Assembly (NCBI GenBank): GCA_977017575.1
Contig: CDRNVI010000044.1
Location: forward strand, 926,759 to 990,758
Origin: Paramoeba atlantica
Taxonomy: Eukaryota > Protista > Discosea
Length of the DNA stretch: 64,000 nucleotides
Direction of reading: 5' to 3'
Shown: positions 21,010 through 32,496 of the stretch, piece by piece
Numbering within the stretch: the stretch's first letter is position 1
Layout: every line of letters starts with the position of its first letter
Translations under genes and position numbers: made by a program
Notes under the pieces: model-generated
The model's input: the letters and a program-made list of their open reading frames with translations, nothing else
What the model was told of the DNA's origin: nothing
Database searches by the model: none

Positions 21010-23262
21010 CTACGCACTCTTGTACGCCCGCAGCACGTTCAATGCCTCTGAGAGTTTACTTTGTAAGATGTTAGGATCCTCCAGGACATTCAAAATCTCG
21101 GTCGTGTCCATTTCTAACAGCATCCCTGTGATTTTCGCAGCCTGCTCCGGCTCTTGCGACTCAATTCGAGCATACAATCGCTCGCCTAACGCATTTTTCT
21201 GTTCCTCTTCGCTCATCGCCGCGAGCGCGGAGGACGTCAACGGTGGTAGTCCCTGAAACCCGGGAATGCTTTTCACGGGGGGTGGGGGCGTCACACTGGG
21301 TTGTGCCGGCGCCTGTGGACCACTCCCATACGCCGAAGTCGGCATCCCCTGTACCCCGGGTCGCTGGGGCACCGCCGGAGCCATCGCAGGCATCTTCGGC
21401 CGCATCAAATGCGGTTGTGGCCCTGCCACCCCACCTGCGGGCGGGAGCATTCCTGCTGGAACGCCTCCAGCCCCTACCGGGGGAACTCCTACCCCTCGTC
21501 CCCCTCCTTGCATCATCATCCCTGCCTGGGAGAATGGATGAGGTCGGGGATTCACCAAATTCGGATTCACGCCCAGATGGGGATTTCCCGGGGGGTGCAT
21601 TCCCATCCCGGGCATCGCACTCGGAGGCACCCGGGGAGGGTAACCATAGGGCATACGAGCCGGGGCCATTCCCATGGGGTTCGCCCCGGTTGCGGGGGTT
21701 CCCCCGGGTACGGCTACGCCCCCTGGGGCTCCCATTCCCCGGCCGGGGACCATACCTCCTCGTGGGGGATACCCTCCCGGTCCCCCGACGCCTCCCCCTC
21801 TCCCCATTGCACTCATTACGGCTGGATACGGACTGCCACCATAGTAACTCGGGGAGGCGGTGCCGTAGGGTCCAGCCAATGGAGGGATCCCAGAGGGGGG
21901 AAGCCCGGGGTGGGCCGAGGCCGTGGGGTAGGCATGAGGGAGCGGCCATCGTGGGTGGCCAGGGGCCCCGGGGTACGTGGGTAGTGCGGTAGGCAGCCCC
22001 GCGGTGCTGGCCCCCCCGGTCGCCTGGGTCTCACGGTACCGACGACGTTGTTGGAGGTTAAGGAAGGGGGTAACGAGGAGGGGTTTGCCAGCGACCAGTT
22101 TGCCGTTCAGGACGGAGATTGCACGGTCGGCGTCCTCACGGGATTTGAATCGGACAAAGCCGTAGCCTTTGGAGAGCCCGGTGGTGGTGTCCTGCATCAC
22201 GACGGCACTGCTGACCTCGCCGATTTTGGAGAAAAGTTCAGTGAGTTTTTCGGTGGTGAAGCCATCGGGGATATTTTTGACGTAGACATTGCCTTCGAGG
22301 AATTCCGCCCCCTTGCCGTCTTCTGTGGCAGCGTACTGAACGGCTTTCATACGTTCCGCACTTTTCATAGCACGACCGGCAAACAAGGTGAGGTCACCGC
22401 CGATTTCTTCAATGACTTTGTCGTTGAGTTCCTCAACGCACTTGAGAGCCTCCTCGTGGGATTCAAAGCTCGCAAAGCCAAACTTGGCTTTGAATTGTTT
22501 ACTCTCGGTGAGTTCAGAGACGCTGACAACTTTTCCGAATTTCGACAAATATTCCTTCAAAGCATCAGTGGTGAGATCTGGTTTGAGATTACGAAGAAAC
22601 ACGTTCGTGTAGGATCCATCCTGTTCACCGAAACGCTCTTTGGTCGATTTGAAAGGACCCACGTACAGTTCAAGGTCGTTGATCTTCGCACCATTCATTT
22701 CCGCAATAGCCGTATCTGCCTCGGAATCATTTTCAAACTGCACGAATCCGTGACCCATACTTTCTCCTTTGCGGGTACGTCCGACTTTCGCGGAGGTGAT
22801 TGCACCAAACTTTGCAAAGATTTTCGCCAAACTCTTGTCGTCGACATCCTTAGTGAGATTCTTAATAAAAATGTTCCCGTGTCCCGATTTCCGCTTCGTC
22901 GGGTCACGCTCGTACCACATCAGCCGCATCGGTTTAGCTCCGGGACGAATGGGGACGTAGTTCAGCGCGTTCAGCGACTTCTCTGCGTCCTCGGTGCAGG
23001 AAAAATTCACGTAGCCATACCCCAGGGAGGCCTGTGTGTTAAGGTCCCGACACACCCGCACGGAGGTCACCGGGCTGTGCTTGGAGAAGAACGCAAACAA
23101 GGCGGGCTCGCTGATCTCCGGGGTGATGTTGCCGACATAGAGTGTGGCGGAGGTGGTGGGTTCCGTGCCAAGGGGCACACCTTCGGGGGTGGGATGGGAC
23201 ATGTCCGCTGGGATGGGAATCTCCGGGACGGGCGCGGTCTCAGTTGCTGGATTAGCGGACAT
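21010..23262 (-). CDS. PABP: Polyadenylate-binding protein
   Basis: Four RRMs (LYVGNI/LGYGYVNF, IFIKNL/GHGFVQF, VFLRNL/FGFASF, VYVKNI/KGYGFVRF), Pro/Gly/Met linker, C-terminal MLLE domain (KNALGERLY...KITGMLLE). Confidence 0.96.
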   Translation of the reverse strand: MSANPATETAPVPEIPIPADMSHPTPEGVPLGTEPTTSATLYVGNITPEISEPALFAFFSKHSPVTSVRVCRDLNTQASLGYGYVNFSCTEDAEKSLNALNYVPIRPGAKPMRLMWYERDPTKRKSGHGNIFIKNLTKDVDDKSLAKIFAKFGAITSAKVGRTRKGESMGHGFVQFENDSEADTAIAEMNGAKINDLELYVGPFKSTKERFGEQDGSYTNVFLRNLKPDLTTDALKEYLSKFGKVVSVSELTESKQFKAKFGFASFESHEEALKCVEELNDKVIEEIGGDLTLFAGRAMKSAERMKAVQYAATEDGKGAEFLEGNVYVKNIPDGFTTEKLTELFSKIGEVSSAVVMQDTTTGLSKGYGFVRFKSREDADRAISVLNGKLVAGKPLLVTPFLNLQQRRRYRETQATGGASTAGLPTALPTYPGAPGHPRWPLPHAYPTASAHPGLPPSGIPPLAGPYGTASPSYYGGSPYPAVMSAMGRGGGVGGPGGYPPRGGMVPGRGMGAPGGVAVPGGTPATGANPMGMAPARMPYGYPPRVPPSAMPGMGMHPPGNPHLGVNPNLVNPRPHPFSQAGMMMQGGGRGVGVPPVGAGGVPAGMLPPAGGVAGPQPHLMRPKMPAMAPAVPQRPGVQGMPTSAYGSGPQAPAQPSVTPPPPVKSIPGFQGLPPLTSSALAAMSEEEQKNALGERLYARIESQEPEQAAKITGMLLEMDTTEILNVLEDPNILQSKLSEALNVLRAYKSA

Positions 23263-23672
23263 TCAGAAACAGTAAACCACTAGGAAGGAAAAAGTGTGTT
23301 AAGGAAGGAAATGGTTGGATAATTCTGTCAAGGCGAAGAGAAAGAATACACGGTCAGCTTGTCAACTTTTCTTTGAAGTACACAATATCATTTACACAAA
23401 GTACAATGTGATAGAAAACTAAAAAATGCAATGGTTTAGTAGCCAAAAATGCAAGTGAATAGTTGCAAAAAATTGCAATTGAAGCCCAATGCACAAATGC
23501 CGTGTGTATCAGTTGAAGCAAATCAGCCTTTTTGAAGCTGATCGGTAGCATCCGCTACGATTTCATAGCTGGAACTCAGCTATGATAGATATGATACGTA
23601 CGGCAGGGAATGATCGTCGTATCATTTCCCTAGGACTCACGCACAGCTCCCAGGTTAAGTAAAAAAGTGGCG

Positions 23673-24965
23673 CTAAACGTACATCGCATGAGATGAGGCA
23701 GCGGATTTTGCCGTCTCCTGTCGATTCCAGTACTCAGGTGTCGACATCTCATACAACCGCGATAGCGCTCGATCCATCATGAACCGTTCATCTTGATGTG
23801 TAAAAATGTTCATGGAGCGGTTACTTGTGCTTTTTCCGTTTTCTGTGAGACCCAACGAATCAATCATGTGACGATCGTCATCGGAGAGCTCCGCTCGCCC
23901 CGATTGGGGAGTAGATTCCATTTCGGGACATAAGTGGGCTGGATCAGCATCTGCTAGACACACCAGCTTTACCCGGTGTTGATAGAATACGTCCAGTGCA
24001 ATAATAAGTCGTCGTACCTCTGAAGACTGGCGCAGCGAAATATGAGGAATATCGGTCACGAAAACATAAGGAAAAGACTGTGCAATGGCCTCGTAATCAA
24101 TGGCACTGCGCTCCTCGCCGCACAACTGCTGAAAGGTAAAAAGACACACTCCATGCTGCTGAGCAGCGCATGGAACCGAAACAAGACGGTTGACCGAACT
24201 GACAAGTGTTGCAGGGGACAAGGTCTCACCATTTCGTAGCTTTGTGAGTAGATGGTAAAATGCTTCACGCTCTGTTTTGTTGTCCGACGGTGAGAAATAC
24301 CGACGAGATTCAGTTGACGATGTTTGTTTGTTACGTAAACGGTAGTCAACATCGGACTCCATGTCAAACACTGTACAACGCTTTTTTAGCAAAGAGACAA
24401 ACGGGAGAAACAGCTCGCGGTTCAGTCCGTTAGCATACAGATCGCCCGGGGGTCGATTCGATGTCACCACGGAACACAAGCCCAGTTCATCGAATGAGTT
24501 AAACAACCGTTTTAGAATCATTGCATCGGCAACATCTGTAACCATCATCTCATCAAAACAGAGTACTTCCACATCTCCTATCAAGCGTTTCGTTGTCTCA
24601 CGCATTCCATCAGTTACGGAATCCTTCTTTTTTATGTCACGTATGGTCTTGTGGACCTCGGACATAAATGCGTGAAAGTGGACACGTCTTCGGGTAAGAT
24701 TTTGTGGGAGGCAGCTCTCCAAAAGATCCATCAAATACGTTTTTCCACAGCCTACACCACCCCAGAGATATGCCCCTTTAATACCCTGAAGACGAGATCG
24801 AGATCGACTTTCGGAGGTACCGGATCCTGCGTATTGCGTTAAGCTTGTGTGAAGAGGATCCAAGCACGAGGTGAGGCAACGCATTTGCTTTGCGTCTGAA
24901 AGCACTAGCCCCTTTGCTACTCGTTCCGTATACGCCGCTGTGGGCTTGGATAGAGCTGCATTCAT
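23673..24965 (-). CDS. AFG1: AFG1/LACE1-like mitochondrial ATPase
   Basis: KGAYLWGGVGCGKT, RVHFHAFM, LCFDEMMVTDVADAMIL, VTSNRPP..LYANGLNR, RRLIIALDVFY. Confidence 0.92.
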   Translation of the reverse strand: MNAALSKPTAAYTERVAKGLVLSDAKQMRCLTSCLDPLHTSLTQYAGSGTSESRSRSRLQGIKGAYLWGGVGCGKTYLMDLLESCLPQNLTRRRVHFHAFMSEVHKTIRDIKKKDSVTDGMRETTKRLIGDVEVLCFDEMMVTDVADAMILKRLFNSFDELGLCSVVTSNRPPGDLYANGLNRELFLPFVSLLKKRCTVFDMESDVDYRLRNKQTSSTESRRYFSPSDNKTEREAFYHLLTKLRNGETLSPATLVSSVNRLVSVPCAAQQHGVCLFTFQQLCGEERSAIDYEAIAQSFPYVFVTDIPHISLRQSSEVRRLIIALDVFYQHRVKLVCLADADPAHLCPEMESTPQSGRAELSDDDRHMIDSLGLTENGKSTSNRSMNIFTHQDERFMMDRALSRLYEMSTPEYWNRQETAKSAASSHAMYV

Positions 24966-25193
24966 CTCTCGTAATATATACTTTTCGGGAATTTTTGAAC
25001 ACCCAATTTTCAGGAAGAGAAAAGTAGAGAAATACGATATTGTTCTACATTTAGTACATTGTGGTGTATAAAATGAATACGATGTAAATTTAATTCAACA
25101 ATAGCGTAAAGTCTGAAAGGAGAATTGCAAGCAGGTACTGTACTTCACGTGATTGAATACTATTTTTCGAAACTAAACATAATCAGTACCTTA

Positions 25194-26492
25194 CTATACT
25201 TTTTCTTTCAAGCGGCGATTGAGTTCTTCTATGTATCTTGCCCATCGATCTTTTTTCTTCTTCATACGCGTGATTTCCTCCTCCAAAGCTTGAATCTCAC
25301 TTTGTTCGCTCAAAGTCGCAGTAACCCCAGAGGAATTCTTCAGGAGTTCCTTGCAGTAAAACGTTTTATCAAAACATATTTCTCGCACTGTGCTTATTTG
25401 GTGACACGTACTAGAAATGCTTTCATTCGCAGGCTGCAATCCTGAACATGGAATCACATCGCAGTTCTCAGAAAGTTGTGAGACTACCGCTGTCAAGACG
25501 GAATGTAACTCTACACTCATCTCCATTTCCTTCCTCCATACCGACTTCGAAAAATCATCCAGCTTATCGGGCACTACGGCACATATTTTGCAATCCTTAA
25601 GGCAAACGTCGTCGCAATACGATAGTTTTAGGGAAATGTTCTGTAAACGGTCTATCTCTTTTGCAAATAATACCAGGTCGACGGAATGGTAGTGGCAAAC
25701 CTTCAGTTCCCTCCCCAGTACTGTATTGGGATGTATCCATTGCAAGGAAGAAGCCTTCGATTCTTCTTGGTCATACTTCATTAAAAGTATATGGCCTGTA
25801 GAAAAGCAGGCGGATATCACCACCTGTTGGCACCCATGCAAATTCATCGGAGCGCAATCCAAAGCGGTGATACTGTATTTTGATTCCTGGCCGACCGAAT
25901 CACCGTGAGGAAACTCATTCGCTATTTCACTCGTGCTTAACGAAATTTGAATGGTCCCTGTAGACAAGGAATAAACATAAACTTCTCCATTTCTTGTACC
26001 GACGGCTAACTGATATTTCGCCTCAATGATTTTTTCTTCTGCTCTCTGGGGATCAATAAAAGAGTATGAGTCATTTGCGCTCCCAGAGGGCACTGAAGTT
26101 CCCTTCGTACATGGGATGACAAAATTACAAGCTGTCGGCGTGAAGGGGGAATATAAAACTTTCAGAGGTAGTGGTCTCCCGGGCGTATTTTCCCCTTGAG
26201 GCCGATTCGATCCCATGGATCGAGTTTGCAAATCCTTTTTCTTAAAATTCTCGACAACAGAAGACGGACACCACAGTCGTATGACAGCGTCGATAGATGT
26301 CGTTGCGATCAAACAACCATCCGGAGAACAACACAGCGAACTAATAAAATCACGACCATAAGGTCCGGTTGACAAAGTGGGTTGCGGGACAGCCACAGAT
26401 TTTGTGGAATCACATCGAGCATGTCGAAGAAGAGAGTTGTGAGCAATAAAGGAATGGGCCAAAAGTGGTTCCTCAAAGTATGCGTCTGTCAT
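25194..26492 (-). CDS. WD40-repeat protein with C-terminal coiled coil
   Basis: ISSLCCSPDGCLIATTSIDAVIRLW; LAVGTRNGEVYVY; ends LEEEITRMKKKKDRWARYIEELNRRL. Confidence 0.7.
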   Translation of the reverse strand: MTDAYFEEPLLAHSFIAHNSLLRHARCDSTKSVAVPQPTLSTGPYGRDFISSLCCSPDGCLIATTSIDAVIRLWCPSSVVENFKKKDLQTRSMGSNRPQGENTPGRPLPLKVLYSPFTPTACNFVIPCTKGTSVPSGSANDSYSFIDPQRAEEKIIEAKYQLAVGTRNGEVYVYSLSTGTIQISLSTSEIANEFPHGDSVGQESKYSITALDCAPMNLHGCQQVVISACFSTGHILLMKYDQEESKASSLQWIHPNTVLGRELKVCHYHSVDLVLFAKEIDRLQNISLKLSYCDDVCLKDCKICAVVPDKLDDFSKSVWRKEMEMSVELHSVLTAVVSQLSENCDVIPCSGLQPANESISSTCHQISTVREICFDKTFYCKELLKNSSGVTATLSEQSEIQALEEEITRMKKKKDRWARYIEELNRRLKEKV

Positions 26493-26682
26493 TCCTTCGA
26501 ATCACATTATTTACTGTTAAGCGGTAGAGAAAAGTGGCTAACGGATTACTAGATAGAGTATGTGACGTACAGTATAGTATTCGATTGCTAGAGTACAAAA
26601 TATGCTACAAACTTTACACTAACTGTCTTTCCATATTTTTTTGAAGTATGCAGGAATATAGAAGTAGCGGTATTGGCTCTGT

Positions 26683-27684
26683 CTAGTCATCGAAAAGATC
26701 GTCCAATACTCCAGTACCAGAGTAGGAGGTCTCAGCGGGATGTTGAATATTATCCTCCACTCGTCTGTCTTCTATAGGGTGCGCCAGCTTATCTTCATGG
26801 TGTAATTTTGTATTACATACGCCGATATCTTTTGTCACTTCCTTTGCTTCATCGAGGCCAGCTAACTCATGTTCCCTTGCTCTTAATTCTGCTTCCGTAT
26901 GCTGTAATGGAGAAATAATTTCTCTCGTAACAAACTGCAGCGCTTGGGTAACGCATTCCAGAGCTTTACGAAGTTCCTTATGCTCCGCTTCCTCCGTATC
27001 TGTTTTTGAGCTTGTTTCCGATTTAATCTTTTGTGACAATCGAGTCTTGCGCCATTTCTCCACTAAGTCTTGTAAGGTTCGTTGTTTTGTAGCCAATTCA
27101 CCGAGGCATGGTGCAACGTCATGCTTTATTTCTGATGCGGGTATAGCCTTCAAAACTGTAAGCGGTGGTTTCCCGGAAAACTGCCTGGTTCGATCCACTG
27201 CATTCCACAACGTTTTCATTATTGTGGGTGGAAAGATGCCCATTTCTTTCCAAGCAAGCACAAGTTTCGACAGGCACTCGATTAAAGCCTCCTGTTCGGG
27301 TCCCAAATTAGATGCCTCGCGGAGTTCTTGTGATACAGCCATCACGGCCAGCGGCAGTTCCACACAGATATCTTCGAGATAGATACGTGCCCGCATACGT
27401 GTATCGGAGGAAGCCGAGATAATATTGTGTAAAATATCGTGCACGATGTACAAAAGTGCAACTCGCGTCCTTTCGGGAAGCTCCGCATTGCACAAGTGTG
27501 TACGCCATTGCTTCAGAATGGCACGACGATGAGTTTTGTTTAGTAAACACCACATGCTTAAAGATTGCACTCCCGTTTGTGTCGGTGTGGCATTGCGTAG
27601 GCGCCATGCGATAATTTCATCCGGAAGGAGAAGAGATGACTGGGGATCCATTCGACTAGGAAAGAAAAAATAGACGGAAATCAA
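26683..27684 (-). CDS. CID (RNA Pol II CTD-interacting domain) protein, RPRD1/Rtt103-like; true start probably ATG 27651
   Basis: GVQSLSMWCL...AILKQW...RVALLYIVHDILH matches the CID helical pattern, followed by a coiled coil. Confidence 0.72.
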   Translation of the reverse strand: MISVYFFFPSRMDPQSSLLLPDEIIAWRLRNATPTQTGVQSLSMWCLLNKTHRRAILKQWRTHLCNAELPERTRVALLYIVHDILHNIISASSDTRMRARIYLEDICVELPLAVMAVSQELREASNLGPEQEALIECLSKLVLAWKEMGIFPPTIMKTLWNAVDRTRQFSGKPPLTVLKAIPASEIKHDVAPCLGELATKQRTLQDLVEKWRKTRLSQKIKSETSSKTDTEEAEHKELRKALECVTQALQFVTREIISPLQHTEAELRAREHELAGLDEAKEVTKDIGVCNTKLHHEDKLAHPIEDRRVEDNIQHPAETSYSGTGVLDDLFDD

Positions 27685-27827
27685 AAATACTAAAGAAGCA
27701 CGCTAGCTCAAATTTTACAAAAATGTGCTGCGAAATTTTATCAAGAGTTGAACAAAGAAAAAATAAATGCTTCATGAAGGGTGGCACGCGGTACCATGGA
27801 CAACCACTAGGGTGTGAAAATATATTT

Positions 27828-29045
27828 TCAGAATTCTGGGTCTGAATCTCTGGACGTATCGGGAAAATCTTGAACCAAGATACTTTCGTGTAATTCCGAC
27901 TGCCACGTCTCAGAAGTCATTACATTCTCCCTTGCTGGGGTGTCCAACTCGGTCTCATTGTACCGTCGTAAAAGGTTGGCGCAAGAAATCAAAGCTAGTT
28001 CTCGTTTCTTAGACTCATTCGTACCGTCACTCGGCACTGTACTCCTCGTCCCATCACTATTTGAATCCTTGAACGCAAGATATCGTTCCGCTGTTTTGCA
28101 GCATACACCGAATGTGGCTGCCACTGCACGCCTTAGTAAGTGGGTGTATTTAGTAAGTGGGTCGACAGGTGGCTTATGCCCTTTATTAATTCTGTAAGCC
28201 AGAAGCAGAGCCGTCAACAAATCACCAGTTCCAGCAAAATGATACGGACGCTTAACTCGAGGTGACAGCATACGGCGCATTTTTATATCTAAAGCCGCAT
28301 TTGGTAATTTTCTCACTCCATGAGCAAAGCTAACTACACAGGCAAGCTTGTCATCCAACGGACAAGGAAAGTGTTTCGCATGAGAAACAATTTCTCTTAT
28401 ATCACTCGACTCTTCATTGTGCGAAACCATAATAAGTTTTTCCTCTTGCGTTGGACTCATAAACGCATTAAAACAACGCCTTAGCAATGTTTTTACACAG
28501 CTGATCTCCTCACCTTGTGGTGTGTCACAATCTGTAAGAGATGCATTCCTAAGCAAGCTTCGTATTTCAAAAAGATTACATCGAATCACGTCTGCAAGGT
28601 GTAGCAGTCTGCAAAGCTCCGGGAGACAACTTTTCGGTAGATAAAGCTTTTCCTTACGTGCACATATCTCACCATTCTCTTCGTATTGCACCTCATCTCC
28701 GCAAACGGGATCGCAGAAATATACAAGATCAGGTCTCTCTTGTTTCATTTGAAGTATAAAGTCATGAATCGAAGAGATCAGTTCAGGATCTGGACCGAGA
28801 TACCCTGTGAGTAAGTGTGTGTATTCCTGTAGAATACAATTCTTTCGTAGCGCCGAGATAACCGATTGGAATTCCTCAACGCTGAGTCTTGAGCCACGAA
28901 CACAGCCGTACCCCCCATGGTTGCTATAGCGAACGGTGTGAATACAGTCTACTTCGATGCCTAGGAAATGAAATACGGTGGCGGCACATGAGTTGCCGAC
29001 GTATCCAGAGCTCACATGTGATTGGATACTTAAAACACGTGGCAT
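27828..29045 (-). CDS. pdxK: Pyridoxal kinase
   Basis: RVLSIQSHVSSGYVGN, TVRYSNHGGY, LLTGYL, YFCDPVCGD, KLY, GTGDLLTALLL. Confidence 0.92.
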   Translation of the reverse strand: MPRVLSIQSHVSSGYVGNSCAATVFHFLGIEVDCIHTVRYSNHGGYGCVRGSRLSVEEFQSVISALRKNCILQEYTHLLTGYLGPDPELISSIHDFILQMKQERPDLVYFCDPVCGDEVQYEENGEICARKEKLYLPKSCLPELCRLLHLADVIRCNLFEIRSLLRNASLTDCDTPQGEEISCVKTLLRRCFNAFMSPTQEEKLIMVSHNEESSDIREIVSHAKHFPCPLDDKLACVVSFAHGVRKLPNAALDIKMRRMLSPRVKRPYHFAGTGDLLTALLLAYRINKGHKPPVDPLTKYTHLLRRAVAATFGVCCKTAERYLAFKDSNSDGTRSTVPSDGTNESKKRELALISCANLLRRYNETELDTPARENVMTSETWQSELHESILVQDFPDTSRDSDPEF

Positions 29046-29269
29046 GAAACGTTCTGAAGGTGGGGAGGAAGACTCAGCTGCATTAGCTTTAATGAAATTG
29101 TAGCCTTGGTAGAGAAAAGCTTGTAAAACACTTCTAAAAGAGACGTTTGGTAGAGATAGAGCGTTGTTTGTTTGTATTTCAAGGTGTACTTCTCACAAAA
29201 ATGTTGGAACACAATTCAAAGGATGTGCATGTAAGGTGTGGATGGACTACATGCAAGAAATCAGCGGAA

Positions 29270-32203
29270 TCAACTTTCAGCGATTTGATCTTGTACGGCA
29301 AATCGCCTAGCGCATTGCTCCATGATTTGCCCAACACGCGCAGCAAATGATTCAATTACGCCTTCCGGAGAGTGAAGAGTTTTATCAACGCTAAGATCCA
29401 TAAAATCTAAATTTATCACATGCGAATGTCCATATAATTCGGCAAGTTCTGGTTGATGGGACAGAACATGACGTGCAACGCGGTATAATTCGGAGAGCGT
29501 CGAAGTTTGTGGACTTTCACTTTCTGAAACTGAGTTGTCGGTCTCGAAAGGCTCTTCGTGCAACACGACCACATTTCGTACTCTTTTTCCCATGCGTACC
29601 ATAAGCATAGTTTCTCGCAGGAGATGCGTTGCGAACGTTTGCAATAAAAATGCTTTTTTGTTCTGTTCGTCTTGAACTCTGTGACCTTGATGTTGATATG
29701 CTGCTCCTCTTCTGAAAGAACCACCATGAAGATCGTCTTCCTGAGGTTCCTTAAAATATATTGGCGGCATGACAACCAGCAAAGTGGCCCCGTTAGTAGA
29801 ATCATTGTAGGCCAGCATCGGGTATGTGTCCTCTGTAGCACAGTCCAATTGCGAACTCACTAACGGTGAAATGAGAACCCCATTAGAATATGAAAGTGTC
29901 CTGTTAAGTGTTGCTGAGCCACCTATACTGGCTAGAACCCGACTGAATAATGGTTGGTGGCATGCTTTTTGATCATGGCACACGTCAACGCATGAGAAGG
30001 ATATGACCCATTCTAGAAAAAGGGGCGCGTCACTCGAATGTTGCATCATTTCATGCCACTGCCATCCAGTAAAGAGGCACGCAGCGCGATGACACCATAA
30101 TAGAGCATAAGAAGACTCGGCAAAACAAATCCATAGGGGATCAAGTAAACGCAAAGCGTTCGTTAGCGCATCTGATTCTTCTTCAATATTGTCTTCTTCA
30201 ATATTGTGAGGCTCTATTTCTATTCTAGTGCTCTCGTTGTCTGTACTACGAAGATCGGAGGACAAGATTTGTTGGGTGTTTTGATCTACTTTTGCGTACT
30301 CGAGCTCTGAAAACTTATTGTCTACGATAGTGTGAGAACTCAACTCGGTAATTTTAGGCAAAGAATGCACATGGTCCTGTAAAATAACTTCTTGCGCCAG
30401 AGGGGGTGTTGCTTTTTGTTCCATAACCGCCGGGCATACGGGAGCAGCTGCGTAAAATGCATCTGCTGCAACGATAGAATCCTGTCCTGGTTGTGCTTTT
30501 TGCGCTATGCCTTCGATGGCGTCGCGGGAATTCCAAAAGCGGTTGTTCTGTGAGAAATTTGATTCGGTCTCTACTGGAGTGAGTACTTCGTCCTCCGATT
30601 CATCTTCACTAATGGCTGATTGTGAATCGGATTTTGTTTCGTGTGCTTCCTGTGTTATGGTCGTGGGTGATGGCCGTATACTATCTAGATTAGTTTTCTG
30701 TTCCTGCTCCTCATTTGATGGGTCAGCAGATTTGGGCTTCGCCGGGCTGTCAACCTTAGCATTCATGCTGAGGGCTTTTAGTGTAATTGCACGGACATTA
30801 GCTAACGAGTTTTCCAAAAGTGTCCCAAACGTTTTCCATTGCTCAAGGGTTTGTTCGAGACTTTCGCTGAAGTATCCCCTGACGAGTGTTTCGGATGACA
30901 TCGGCAAGGCATGTTCCTTGTGGTGAAATGTAGCTATGGATGTGACAGCATTATAGTGAAGTGGTAACAACAGTTTCGACTTTCCATGCTTTTCCCAAAT
31001 TAATTCGTTTGAATCTTTGGAACCGCAAATCAGGTCGTCAGCATCAATCACGCTCTCCGCGGCCATGAACAGGGACACGAATTTCTCCATCTGATCTGTA
31101 TTTCGAAAAAGCAACATTCTAGATGCATCGGCGAGTGACATTCTTCCCGTTAGTCTTGACCGATTCAAGCCATGAGCTTTTCCACAAAGTAGATCTTGCA
31201 ATGCACGGACTCGAATGTATGAAAGACTAGTTTCCACGAGCGCCACTTGCAAAGGATTTAGTGTTTTTACCATGTCAAGAAGAGATAGCCATTGCGCTGT
31301 TTCCATGTAATGTATGGCTTGTAGAGAAACCCACACACTTTGTGAGGGGATCTTTTCTAGTGCTGCACTTGTCGTTATCTCGTGGAGAATTTGTCTCCGT
31401 TGAATAAGTGAGTCATGCCACCACGTTCGTGAGTCACTCTCGGCATCGTGTCCGAGACACCGCAATAGAAAATACGACAGCATCTCCTCACAGTGTGGGT
31501 TCCCTGTGTTTTCTTTATAATATCGTAGGAGACCTCCTCGAACGGCGTCTAATCGCTCGTTGTTTAGTTTTTTAAATGGTCCAAATAGCTCACACCCATC
31601 CTCTGTGGATAGACACCTTAATATACGGAGAATATAAATGCGAAAAACGACATTCATATTTTCTAAATGAGATTCACTATGAATGGACTGAGATTCGTAA
31701 TCCTTAGCTATCGCACGCATGCGGTCATCTAGGAAGACGAAAAGTTGATTAAGCTCTGGATCGGAAAGAAACGTGGAGTCCTCTGTTAGGGGGAGTAGAG
31801 TGCTGCAAATGTAGTCAAGTGTCCTCTTTAGCGTTTCTGGTGTTCGAATATCTTCCTCTTGTTGCGTTTTCCCTGCAGCGGATCTAGAGTACTGTTTTAA
31901 CGGGAACAAGGCCCTCTCCACGATATCACCAGCTTGGTTCTTCAATTTCACGAAACCTGTCTCAAACTGTAAGTCAATGGGCCGGGCTTCGTCACTGACT
32001 TCGGTTTCTGTGGCAAAAGAGGTACATCTTCCTTGCATAGTGCTTGAGGTTCCACTCAACTGGATGATCGATGTGACAAAAGATGAATACATCTCGACAG
32101 CATGGTCATGTTTCGCCGGTTTTGTTTCATGTATACCCTCCTTTCTAAGAGAGAAGACAACACCAATATCCTGGGAAAGACTTACGAGCGAATCAGAAAT
32201 CAT
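29270..32203 (-). CDS. SAC3/GANP family protein
   Basis: KQYSRSAAG...DIRTPETLKRTLDYI...FLDDRMRAIAKD and YIRVRAL match the Sac3 core pattern. Confidence 0.7.
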   Translation of the reverse strand: MISDSLVSLSQDIGVVFSLRKEGIHETKPAKHDHAVEMYSSFVTSIIQLSGTSSTMQGRCTSFATETEVSDEARPIDLQFETGFVKLKNQAGDIVERALFPLKQYSRSAAGKTQQEEDIRTPETLKRTLDYICSTLLPLTEDSTFLSDPELNQLFVFLDDRMRAIAKDYESQSIHSESHLENMNVVFRIYILRILRCLSTEDGCELFGPFKKLNNERLDAVRGGLLRYYKENTGNPHCEEMLSYFLLRCLGHDAESDSRTWWHDSLIQRRQILHEITTSAALEKIPSQSVWVSLQAIHYMETAQWLSLLDMVKTLNPLQVALVETSLSYIRVRALQDLLCGKAHGLNRSRLTGRMSLADASRMLLFRNTDQMEKFVSLFMAAESVIDADDLICGSKDSNELIWEKHGKSKLLLPLHYNAVTSIATFHHKEHALPMSSETLVRGYFSESLEQTLEQWKTFGTLLENSLANVRAITLKALSMNAKVDSPAKPKSADPSNEEQEQKTNLDSIRPSPTTITQEAHETKSDSQSAISEDESEDEVLTPVETESNFSQNNRFWNSRDAIEGIAQKAQPGQDSIVAADAFYAAAPVCPAVMEQKATPPLAQEVILQDHVHSLPKITELSSHTIVDNKFSELEYAKVDQNTQQILSSDLRSTDNESTRIEIEPHNIEEDNIEEESDALTNALRLLDPLWICFAESSYALLWCHRAACLFTGWQWHEMMQHSSDAPLFLEWVISFSCVDVCHDQKACHQPLFSRVLASIGGSATLNRTLSYSNGVLISPLVSSQLDCATEDTYPMLAYNDSTNGATLLVVMPPIYFKEPQEDDLHGGSFRRGAAYQHQGHRVQDEQNKKAFLLQTFATHLLRETMLMVRMGKRVRNVVVLHEEPFETDNSVSESESPQTSTLSELYRVARHVLSHQPELAELYGHSHVINLDFMDLSVDKTLHSPEGVIESFAARVGQIMEQCARRFAVQDQIAES

Positions 32204-32496
32204 GTAAGCAAGCGCTATCCTGTCTTCAGTGTCAGCGTAACGGCATGTCGGTTTTTCTTGTAAGATATTTATGAGCGGTAGGACATGAGTGGAAGATAGA
32301 AGCTATAATAATTTTCTTAAGCGTTACGTTGAGCGAGTAAACGTGAGATCCGAAACTCTTTTCCCTTTGATACTTGGTTACTAGTGGTACTGTTGTCAAA
32401 TCTTCATTCATCCCTTTAACTAAAAGATCAACCGATTTTAGGAAAACCAAAACTAATCACACAACCCATCTCATTTACCCACGCGCATACACCCGC

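Noticed and set aside
22048-23283. 411-aa plus-strand ORF
   Set aside because: Antisense shadow of PABP in GC-rich DNA; no motifs, and opposite to the cluster strand.
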